Positions 28,278 to 35,796 of a stretch of 48,512 bases of DNA are shown in pieces (the stretch's first letter is position 1; every line of letters starts with the position of its first letter). The stretch is from Candidatus Shapirobacteria bacterium CG03_land_8_20_14_0_80_40_19 (GTDB lineage: Bacteria; Patescibacteriota; Microgenomatia; UM-FILTER-40-11): assembly GCA_002780305.1 (NCBI GenBank), contig PEVD01000028.1, forward strand, positions 1-48,512, read 5' to 3'. A program made the position numbers and the translations under genes. The notes under the pieces were generated by a model. It was not told the DNA's origin. It saw nothing but the letters and a program-made list of their open reading frames with translations, and did no database searches.

Positions 28278-28709
28278 ATGAGAAAAAAAGTTTTTGGTTA
28301 TCAGCTGAATAGAGATAAAAATGAGAGAAAAGCCCTTTTCCGTTCTTTGGTTTCGTCTTTAATCGAAAAAAACGAAATTCAGACTACTTTGGCTAAAGCG
28401 AAGGCGATTCAATCTCAAACGGAAAAACTGATAACAAAAGCTAAAAAAGGAACCTTATCCGACAGGAGAGTGGCACGGCGGTTTTTAGTAAAAAAGGACT
28501 TGGTTAACCGCCTTTTCGAAGTGATTGCACCTATTTTTAAAGATAGAAATGGCGGATATACCCGCATAATCAAAACCCAGATTCGGCGGGGAGATGGGGC
28601 GACTCTGGTAAAGATTTCATTTACGGAGGAAATCCCGGTGGTCGAAAGAGAAAAAAAGAAGCCGGCGCCGGAAGTCAAGACCAAAAAAACACATGATAAA
28701 ACCAACTAA
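28278..28709 (+). CDS. rplQ: 50S ribosomal protein L17
   Basis: I.TTLAKAK, RNGGYTRI, RRGDGA. Confidence 0.97.
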   Translation: MRKKVFGYQLNRDKNERKALFRSLVSSLIEKNEIQTTLAKAKAIQSQTEKLITKAKKGTLSDRRVARRFLVKKDLVNRLFEVIAPIFKDRNGGYTRIIKTQIRRGDGATLVKISFTEEIPVVEREKKKPAPEVKTKKTHDKTN

Positions 28710-29112
28710 AAAAACACAAATAAAATCTGCCTGGCACATCTTTGACGCCAAAGATCAAATTTTGGGTCGCCTGGCCTCAAAAATTGCCCCAGTCTTGTTT
28801 GGCAAGAGTAAGCCTTATTTTGTCCGCAATTTGGATTGCGGGGACCACGTGGTCGTTGTTAATGCTTCTTTAGTTAAAGTGACGGGTAAAAAAGAAACGG
28901 AAAAAAAGTATACTTCTTTTTCCGGTTATCCGGGAGGGCTAAAAACACTATCGCTTTCTCAGCTTCGGGAGAAGAAACCGGAGAGGATAATTGAAAAAGC
29001 GGTTTTGAATATGTTGCCAAAGAACAAGCTCCGCGATCAGTGGATGAAACGCCTGCATGTTTTTGCCGGCGAAAAACATCCCTATGAAGAAAAATTTAAG
29101 GAGAAAAAATGA
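28693..29112 (+). CDS. rplM: 50S ribosomal protein L13
   Basis: DAKDQILGRLAS, DCGD.VVVVNA, SGYPGG, MLPKN. Confidence 0.98.
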   Translation: MIKPTKKTQIKSAWHIFDAKDQILGRLASKIAPVLFGKSKPYFVRNLDCGDHVVVVNASLVKVTGKKETEKKYTSFSGYPGGLKTLSLSQLREKKPERIIEKAVLNMLPKNKLRDQWMKRLHVFAGEKHPYEEKFKEKK

Positions 29113-29513
29113 AAAAAGAAACAAAGAAATACACTTATGCCATTGGGAGAAGGAAAAGAAGCACGGCTCGAGTGAGGCTTTTTGCCGGGAAAGGGCAAAT
29201 AGTGGTTAACGATAAGCCGGCCGACGAATATTTTAAAGATGTTCCCAAGGTGGTCTATTTAAAGCCTTTTGCTGTTGCCGGTCTTGAGGGAAAATATTTT
29301 GCCACGGCCAGAATTATCGGTGGTGGGACAACCGGCCAGGTAGGGGCTTTCGTTCATGGGGTAAGCCGTGCTTTGATAAAAGTTGAAGAAGAGAAGTACA
29401 AAAAAGTTCTTAAATCGGCTGGCTTGTTGACTCGTGATCCTCGGGAGAAGGAAAGAAGAAAGTTCGGTTTAGCCCAAAAAGCCCGCGCCAAAAAACAATC
29501 CCCAAAGAGGTAA
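29109..29513 (+). CDS. rpsI: 30S ribosomal protein S9
   Basis: GRRKRSTARV, LTRDPREKERRK, QSPKR. Confidence 0.98.
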   Translation: MKKETKKYTYAIGRRKRSTARVRLFAGKGQIVVNDKPADEYFKDVPKVVYLKPFAVAGLEGKYFATARIIGGGTTGQVGAFVHGVSRALIKVEEEKYKKVLKSAGLLTRDPREKERRKFGLAQKARAKKQSPKR

Positions 29514-29522
29514 TAAAAATAA

Positions 29523-29996
29523 TGTCATTGCGAACGCAGTGAAGCAATCCCGTACGGAGTTGCACCGTTTCATATAAGACAAAGGTTAATTGGTATAGCT
29601 TCTGAAAAGAAAGACGACCTTTTTAGTACTGATATAGAAACTAAAGGAAGATCAAGGTGGGAGGTAGCTCGACTTGCATTTGTTTCTTATGCTAGGAGTT
29701 CACTCCCTGATTATGATCAAGTAAAAGAGTGTATTTTTTATCGACATTTTTCGCCATTTTTAGAAAAAGTAGTAAATGGGATAGGGTTAGATGATTACAA
29801 CTCCCATTCAATAGACCAGATAGCCAATACCTGGGTAGAAGCATGTTTTAGGAGTATGGCGACTGCAGATTTCAACCAAAAGAATGATCCTGCGGCTGAA
29901 GATGTAACAATTACTTACAAAGAGTGGGCTATCATTTTTGGTGACATAGTATTGGGTGAAGTAGTTGTACCTTTGCAGAGACATTCATTATCCTAG
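29523..29996 (+). pseudogene. Start-less open frame of unknown function preceded by a REP-like GTCATTGCGA...GAAGCAATC element
   Basis: The frame is open for 157 codons between TAA 29520-29522 and TAG 29994-29996. The first in-frame ATG is at 29856. Confidence 0.5.
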
Positions 29997-30044
29997 TCCT
30001 TCTGTCCTCTCTTGTTCTTCTTTTCCTTATGTTAAAATTAACCG

Positions 30045-31079
30045 ATGAAAACAGTACGAATACTTCTTATCTTTCTTTTTTTCTGTCTTTCTGCCGCGGC
30101 CATAATTTTTTATCTTAACTTTCGCGGTTTTGGCAAGAATCTTCCCAAAGAAAGATATATCGTTAAATTCAATGCGGCTGATGAACAAGTTATCGACGAT
30201 TTATATTCAAAAGGTTTTATCAGGAACAAAAAAATCTTCTTTTTTGTCTTGGATTTGCTTTGCCGACAAAGGACTTGTTCTGAGTCCACCGAATCGGCGG
30301 ATCGAAGGATAGAGCCGGGAGCTTATATGATTTCTAAATCCCAAAATGCATATCAGTTGTCAGGCGTTTTTCTTTTCGGGCCTTTTCAAAAATGGGTTAC
30401 TATTCCTCCGGGAAAAAGGAAAGAACAGGTGGGGTTAATTTTGAAAAAATCCTTGGGTTGGCCGGATGATATGGTTTTGAATTTTATTACTATTGCCAAG
30501 GAAGGTTATCTTTGGCCGGATACTTATTTATTTAATACTGATTCAGACCCCAGTCAGATAGCAGACAGGCTAAAAAATGAATTTAATTCCCGTTTGGATA
30601 CTCTGTTTAGCGATTTATTGGCCAAAAATATAAAAACCGACACGGCAGTGAAATTTGCGTCTTTAATTGAAAGAGAAAGCGGCAGTTTGGAAGACAAGCC
30701 GGTAATTTCAGCGGTCATCTGGAACCGTTTGGCTAAAAAGATGAAGCTGGAAATTGATGCAACGGTCCAGTACGCAATTGCTGACGAAGAATTTAATTCC
30801 CTGATTACTAATTACCAATTACTAATTACTGACGATTTCTCTTTTTGGCCAAAACTTGGCGCCGGAGTGGTTAGAACGATTGATTCTCCTTATAATACTT
30901 ATAGAGTTGCCGCCTTGCCGCTTGGCCCGATCTGTACTCCGTCTTTGGAATCGCTGCAGGCAGTGTTAAATCCAGCTAATACCGATGCTTTGTATTATCT
31001 GCACTCATCCGATAAACAAATCCACACCGCCAAAACCTATAAAGAACACCAGGAGAATATTAAGGAATACTTACAATAA
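30045..31079 (+). CDS. mltG: Endolytic transglycosylase MltG/YceG family
   Basis: N-terminal TM, EGYLWPDTY, ASLIERE, V.WNRL, DATVQY, SPYNTY, LPLGPI. Confidence 0.92.
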   Translation: MKTVRILLIFLFFCLSAAAIIFYLNFRGFGKNLPKERYIVKFNAADEQVIDDLYSKGFIRNKKIFFFVLDLLCRQRTCSESTESADRRIEPGAYMISKSQNAYQLSGVFLFGPFQKWVTIPPGKRKEQVGLILKKSLGWPDDMVLNFITIAKEGYLWPDTYLFNTDSDPSQIADRLKNEFNSRLDTLFSDLLAKNIKTDTAVKFASLIERESGSLEDKPVISAVIWNRLAKKMKLEIDATVQYAIADEEFNSLITNYQLLITDDFSFWPKLGAGVVRTIDSPYNTYRVAALPLGPICTPSLESLQAVLNPANTDALYYLHSSDKQIHTAKTYKEHQENIKEYLQ

Positions 31080-31121
31080 TTTTTCTTTATTTTTTTATCA
31101 CGTTTTGCCTTTTGTTAATAA

Positions 31122-31160
31122 AAATTTATTACGCTAGCGTAATGAATTTCCTAAGGCTAA
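31122..31160. repeat. Palindromic element, copy 1 (ATTACGC-N2-GCGTAAT family)
   Basis: AAATTTATTACGC-TA-GCGTAATGAATTT then AGGCTAAAA. Near-identical copy at 46104-46144. Confidence 0.8.
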
Positions 31161-31198
31161 AAAACAAAAATTTAAAGCTAAAATTGTTTAGTAAATTT

Positions 31199-31858
31199 TT
31201 ATCTTTCCGGGCAGTTTTTGGCACGGGAGAAACCGGCGGCCTGCGCTTCTTTTTCCGTGCAAAACCAGTCTTCGCCTAGATCTTTTTCTACAATGGTGAA
31301 TTCATACTGGGGACAGCCCGGAAAGTAATATTTGCGCAAATTTGAGTTTTTGTCGGTATTGCCTTTAATCACACATTTCGGATTGTCGGTATTTTCTGTC
31401 TGGTAACAAAGAGAACTGAAAATACCGATTTTTTCCGCCTTTGCCCGATCAGAGGTAGTTTTCAATTCTTTGGTAACCGAAGTCTGATCAGAGTGATATC
31501 TGGCCCAGCCGGATTTAAGCATTTCTTTGTTGATTAGTTTGTTTCCCAGATAAACCAGGGCCATCGCCCGGCCTTGGGTATCAAGAAGTTTTTCGGTGAA
31601 AAGAATTTCTTTGTTTAGAACCAGTTTCTCCAAAGTTTCTTTCGCTTGGTTCCCCCCGCAGTACTCCAGTTCCGGTGCGTCAACGTGCCTTAATCGCAGT
31701 CTGACTTTTCCTTCCAAAACAATTGTATCCCCGTCAATCACCCCGATTACCAAAGTCCCCTGGGACAGAGATTTATTTTGAAAGAATTGATAAATGTTCA
31801 AAATTAAAGAAGAAACCAAAACCATCAAAACAGGAATTAAAAGATTTTTTAGCTTCAC
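31199..31858 (-). CDS. Membrane-anchored or secreted thermonuclease (SNase) with C-terminal Cys-rich domain
   Basis: VIDGDTI, RLRHVDAPE, GRAMALVY, INKEMLKSGWA, and C-terminal CVIKGN...WFCTEKEAQAAGF. Start uncertain (GTG 31858 or TTG 31882). Confidence 0.88.
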   Translation of the reverse strand: MKLKNLLIPVLMVLVSSLILNIYQFFQNKSLSQGTLVIGVIDGDTIVLEGKVRLRLRHVDAPELEYCGGNQAKETLEKLVLNKEILFTEKLLDTQGRAMALVYLGNKLINKEMLKSGWARYHSDQTSVTKELKTTSDRAKAEKIGIFSSLCYQTENTDNPKCVIKGNTDKNSNLRKYYFPGCPQYEFTIVEKDLGEDWFCTEKEAQAAGFSRAKNCPER

Positions 31859-31895
31859 ATCTAATGTTACACTAAAAGGCAAAAATTTTAAAATC

Positions 31896-31930
31896 AGCTT
31901 CGCAAGGCCTCCCCTTTTGGCCTCGGATTA
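31896..31930. repeat. 35-bp direct repeat, copy 1
   Basis: AGCTTCGCAAGGCCTCCCCTTTTGGCCTCGGATTA. Three mismatches to 33885-33919. Confidence 0.85.
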
Positions 31931-32659
31931 AATATCTTCAATAACCGTTCTTAGGTGAGAATATTGCAAAACACCTTTGACGAACTTTTCTGTTTCTTTT
32001 GTACAGATAATTTTATTTACATTTCTGGAAAGTGGACGCAAAAGCAATTTGCTTAAAAAAATGGGATATTTTTTATTGATTTTCCAATCAATTTCCTTTT
32101 TTTGTAAAGATAAAATAATCGTTTTAAAAATTAAATGTAATATGTTGTCTTCTTGCAAGGAGTCTCCTTGCATGCGTGCGGGGAGACTTCTTGCGGAATA
32201 TCCTTCAATTAGAATATTGGTGTCAACTTTTTTTATGTCGTCAATTTTTATGCCGGCTTTTTGGCAAGCCTCCTTAATTAATAAAGGGGTGTATCCGTAT
32301 TTATGAAGACTGTTGATTTTACCTTGTGAGGTGTCGCCGTAAAGATAAAGCATTACCAAATCGTCCTGGCTTTTAAATTTTTTTAGTATGGCGGGGATAT
32401 TGGGAACCCTGATGGTAATTTTGCCGCTGCTTATCAGAACTCGCCCGCATTCTTTGAGGAGCCTTGCCCCTTCTTCTTTAGTCAGATGCTCCAAAACATC
32501 CTGCATGATTATTTCCGAAACGCTGTTATCGGAGTAAGGAAGTTTCTGGGTTAAATTAAGAACAAAGTCTGGTTTGGTCTTTGGATCGGCATCAATATCA
32601 ATATAACCGTTTCTCTTATCTTTTCCACAGCCAAGATTTAGCTTAATTGGTTTATTCAT
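31928..32659 (-). CDS. Class I SAM-dependent methyltransferase with extra C-terminal segment
   Basis: LNLGCG, LPYSDNSV, DVLEHL, RVLISSG.ITIRVP. Confidence 0.85.
   Translation of the reverse strand: MNKPIKLNLGCGKDKRNGYIDIDADPKTKPDFVLNLTQKLPYSDNSVSEIIMQDVLEHLTKEEGARLLKECGRVLISSGKITIRVPNIPAILKKFKSQDDLVMLYLYGDTSQGKINSLHKYGYTPLLIKEACQKAGIKIDDIKKVDTNILIEGYSARSLPARMQGDSLQEDNILHLIFKTIILSLQKKEIDWKINKKYPIFLSKLLLRPLSRNVNKIICTKETEKFVKGVLQYSHLRTVIEDI
32154..32194. repeat. REP-like doublet inserted in-frame in the methyltransferase gene
   Basis: TGCAAGGAG-T-CTCCTTGCA palindrome plus degenerate second unit GCGGGGAGACTTCTTGC. Confidence 0.7.
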
Positions 32660-33096
32660 AACAATTTTTGCAGGATTTTTTCTTCATGTTCCCAGAGTTT
32701 AAAGTCCGCCAGTAATTTTTTGGCCAGACTTATTTCAACCCATTTTATTTCATCATGCTCGATTATTTCTTTTGTTTTTCTTTTAGCTGGCCGGCAAAGA
32801 TAATAATGAGTGATTTTATGAGCGACGGTGTCATCGTTAAGATTATAATCTGACTTTAAACTGCCGATTTTACGAAGGACTTTTACTTCGTAGCCTGTCT
32901 CTTCCAAACATTCTCTTTCAACCGTTTGTTTGTTGGTTTCACCCACCAGCTTGGTTCCTTTGGGTAAATGCCAGCTGTCATACGGCCATTTTTCTGTTAT
33001 AAATCGGTGAAGAAGCAGGATTTTGCCTTTTTTAATAATTACTCCTCCGCACGAGGTATGAAAGGGGTATTTTGGGGTTGCTCGATACTCTTTCAT
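32656..33096 (-). CDS. NUDIX hydrolase
   Basis: WHLPKGTKLVGETNKQTVERECLEETG. Confidence 0.9.
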   Translation of the reverse strand: MKEYRATPKYPFHTSCGGVIIKKGKILLLHRFITEKWPYDSWHLPKGTKLVGETNKQTVERECLEETGYEVKVLRKIGSLKSDYNLNDDTVAHKITHYYLCRPAKRKTKEIIEHDEIKWVEISLAKKLLADFKLWEHEEKILQKLL

Positions 33097-33878
33097 AAGA
33101 TAATCTGCTGTAAATCATCGGGAATAATTAAGTTCCCGGGAAAACTTTTTCCAACCTCACTCTCAATTTCGCTTTTTTGGCTGATATCATAGAAGTGAAA
33201 TAAAACCAGAGTTTTTACTTTGGCTTTTTGGGCGATTTTTCCCGCTTCGAAAGGCGAAAGATGAGTTAGAAAAGGTCCGTGTTTCCGGAAGCTTTCAACC
33301 GGAACCGAACCGTCAAGCAGCAGTAGGTCGGAATTTTCCGCCAAAATAATAATATTTTCGTTGTAATTGCAGTCGCCCGAGTAAGCAAAACTTTTACCTT
33401 CGCTGTTAATTCGATAAGCAACCGAAGGAAAATATTGGGGAACGTGAGTGACTTCTTTTGTTTCGATCTCTAAATTGTTAGTTTTTTCTTTATCATTGGT
33501 ATGTTCTCTGATAATTATCCGGTAAGTTTCTTGTTTTTCCGGAAACATGATTTTTCGAAGTGACTGGTAGTCTTTTTCAAAGCCTTTATATCCATGAATA
33601 ATTAAATCTTTTTTTCTGGCTTTTTGAGGAAAATACACACCGGTAACCAGTATTGATTGTAGAAGGGGAATAAGATTGGCTAAATGATCGGCGTGGGAAT
33701 GGCTGATAAATATTTGGTCAATTTCATTTAAGTTAATCCCGATTTCCATTAATCCGCTCAAACACCCCCAACCGCAGTCAAAAAGAAGTTTTTGGTTTTT
33801 TGTTTCAAGTAGAAAACAAGGAGCCCTTCTTTCCTTTTTAATTATTGCCGTTCCGGAGCCGATTATAGTCAGTTTCAT
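33093..33878 (-). CDS. MBL-fold hydrolase (RNase Z/AtsA-like)
   Basis: IIGSGT, FDCG, SHSHADH, YSGDC, HLS, LVLFHF. Confidence 0.88.
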   Translation of the reverse strand: MKLTIIGSGTAIIKKERRAPCFLLETKNQKLLFDCGWGCLSGLMEIGINLNEIDQIFISHSHADHLANLIPLLQSILVTGVYFPQKARKKDLIIHGYKGFEKDYQSLRKIMFPEKQETYRIIIREHTNDKEKTNNLEIETKEVTHVPQYFPSVAYRINSEGKSFAYSGDCNYNENIIILAENSDLLLLDGSVPVESFRKHGPFLTHLSPFEAGKIAQKAKVKTLVLFHFYDISQKSEIESEVGKSFPGNLIIPDDLQQIIL

Positions 33879-33884
33879 TTTTTT

Positions 33885-33919
33885 AGCCTCGTAAGGCCTC
33901 CCCTTTTGGCCTCGAATTA
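33885..33919. repeat. 35-bp direct repeat, copy 2
   Basis: AGCCTCGTAAGGCCTCCCCTTTTGGCCTCGAATTA. Confidence 0.85.
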
Positions 33920-33926
33920 TTTTTTG

Positions 33927-33999
33927 TCGGGGGCAGCAGTACTGCCCTGCTCACCTCACGCACCCCATGCGTGCGTTCTACTATCTGAACTAGCCCCCG
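33927..33999 (-). tRNA. tRNA-Pro(GGG) with non-canonical D and T loops, CCA not encoded
   Basis: Cloverleaf by hand: CGGGGGC/GCCCCCG acceptor with A73, GTTC/GAAC D-stem, CACGC/GCGTG anticodon stem with loop ATGGGGT, AGCAG/CTGCT T-stem with loop GGCAGTA. Confidence 0.9.
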
Positions 34000-34097
34000 A
34001 AATATCGTTATTTTATCAATTTTAGATATAAAAAGAAAGGAAACAGGGTTTATTGATTCTTGAAAAATATCTTATATTATGTTTAAATCCAGTTACT

Positions 34098-35162
34098 ATG
34101 AGCAAAGACGATAAGGTTGAAGAGAATAAAATTTCCCCAAAACTTCAGGCAATTAATGTTGCCATGGAGCAAATAGAAAAACAATACGGGAAAGGTTCGA
34201 TTATGCGTCTTGGTGAAACCCCGGCCGGCAAAGCCGGAGCGGAGGCAATTTCGACCGGGGCGATTGCCCTGGACATTGCTTTGGGCATTGGCGGGGTGCC
34301 AAGAGGCAGAATCGTCGAAATTTACGGCCCTGAGGCCTCTGGAAAGACCACCATTGCCCTTTCTATTATTGCCCAGGCCCAGAAGCTGGGTGGGGCGGCG
34401 GCGTTCATCGACGCGGAGCATGCGCTTGATCCGATTTGGTCGGCGGAAATCGGCGTAAATTTGGATGATTTGCTTGTTTCTCAGCCCGATACGGGTGAAC
34501 AAGCGCTGGAAATTGTCGAAACTTTAGTTAGGAGTGGTGCCTTGGACGTGGTTGTCATTGATTCGGTGGCGGCTTTGGTTCCGCGGGCGGAGATTGAGGG
34601 TGAGATGGGCGATGCAATGGTTGGTGTTCAGGCCCGGTTAATGTCGCAGGCCTTGCGTAAACTTACCGGTGCGATTTCCCGTTCAAAAACGGTGGTTATT
34701 TTTACCAATCAGCTGCGCCAAAAAATTGGGGTAATGTTCGGTAATCCGGAAACAACCACGGGTGGCTTGGCCTTAAAGTTTTATGCCTCAGTTCGGATGG
34801 ACAGCCGTAAAATCGAAACCTTAAAAGAAGGGGAAGAAGTTACCGGTTCACGCCATCGGGTCAGAGTGGTAAAAAATAAAGTGGCTCCTCCTTTTAAAAT
34901 GGCGGAGTTTGATATTTTGGCCAAAGGCGGGGTGTCTAAGTTCGGCGGGATTTTTGATGTTGCCCTGGATTTGGATATTTTGTCTAAATCGGGCGCCTTT
35001 TACCGCTATGGAGAAATAATGTTAGGCCAGGGAAAAATCGCCGGAATTGAATATTTAAAAGAAAACCCAAAAGTTATAAAGGAAGTTGAGGAAAAAATTT
35101 GGAAAGCGGTCAAAAGCGGCAAGGTGGTGGAAGAAAAAGTGATCGGCGCCGAGGCGGAATAA
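34098..35162 (+). CDS. recA: Recombinase RecA
   Basis: [40 protein letters not shown]. Confidence 0.99.
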   Translation: MSKDDKVEENKISPKLQAINVAMEQIEKQYGKGSIMRLGETPAGKAGAEAISTGAIALDIALGIGGVPRGRIVEIYGPEASGKTTIALSIIAQAQKLGGAAAFIDAEHALDPIWSAEIGVNLDDLLVSQPDTGEQALEIVETLVRSGALDVVVIDSVAALVPRAEIEGEMGDAMVGVQARLMSQALRKLTGAISRSKTVVIFTNQLRQKIGVMFGNPETTTGGLALKFYASVRMDSRKIETLKEGEEVTGSRHRVRVVKNKVAPPFKMAEFDILAKGGVSKFGGIFDVALDLDILSKSGAFYRYGEIMLGQGKIAGIEYLKENPKVIKEVEEKIWKAVKSGKVVEEKVIGAEAE

Positions 35163-35171
35163 CCAACCAAA

Positions 35172-35639
35172 ATGGAAGACATCTCCGAATATTTTGATAA
35201 AGTACTAAGCTTTTTATCTTATCGGGCCAGGAGTGAATACGAAATTGATTTTTATATGCTCCGCAAGGGCTGGTCGGAGGAAACAAAGAAAGCTGTTAAA
35301 GACAAATTAAAACAGTTAAAACTGATTGATGATGAGGATTTTGCCCGCCAGTGGATTTCTTCAAGAAGTAATTCCCGGCCGGCGGGAAAATCACAGATAA
35401 AGTTTGAGCTAACCAAAAAGGGAATTGATAAGGAAATAATAAGTAGACTTTTGGCTGAAGAAAGAACCTCAACCGCTGAAGGATTAATGGCGGAAAAACT
35501 TTGCCAAAAAAGGCTGGAAAGATTAAAAGGTCTTCCTTTAAGAGAGAAGAGAGAAAAATTGTTCGGACTTTTGGCCCGGCGGGGTTTTTCTTCCCAAACG
35601 GCGATCGGTATAATTGATAAATTGATTAAAAAGGAGTAA
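35172..35639 (+). CDS. recX: Regulatory protein RecX
   Basis: LSYRARSEYE, IDDEDFA, EL.KKGI, LARRGF. Follows recA. Confidence 0.92.
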   Translation: MEDISEYFDKVLSFLSYRARSEYEIDFYMLRKGWSEETKKAVKDKLKQLKLIDDEDFARQWISSRSNSRPAGKSQIKFELTKKGIDKEIISRLLAEERTSTAEGLMAEKLCQKRLERLKGLPLREKREKLFGLLARRGFSSQTAIGIIDKLIKKE

Positions 35640-35796
35640 AATAGTTGCCAACTGAGGAAAAAATAGCAGAAAGATATTAGTTATGAAAAAACAGCATAAA
35701 ACTATTTCTTGCTTCAAAGAACAAGCGTCCTGAAAAAAGGGCGGTTTTTCTGCATATTTACCCCAGATTTACTTTTAGTGATTTATTGGAGGAGTT
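35614..35796 (+). promoter_or_regulatory. rny promoter and long structured 5' leader
   Basis: TTGATA 35614-35619, N17, TAAAAT 35637-35642. Nested stems as described in the findings. SD GGAGG. Confidence 0.5.

Noticed and set aside
10494-28705. Many antisense and alternate-frame ORFs over fusA, tuf and ribosomal genes
   Set aside because: They are shadows of conserved genes with no recognisable motifs.
31896-33999. Classical tRNA-integrated island with attL/attR
   Set aside because: The direct repeat is not a copy of the tRNA 3' end and no integrase is present.
35643-35796. 6S RNA upstream of rny
   Set aside because: The pairing looks multi-branched rather than a long rod with a central bubble. 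It cannot be supported without a covariance search.
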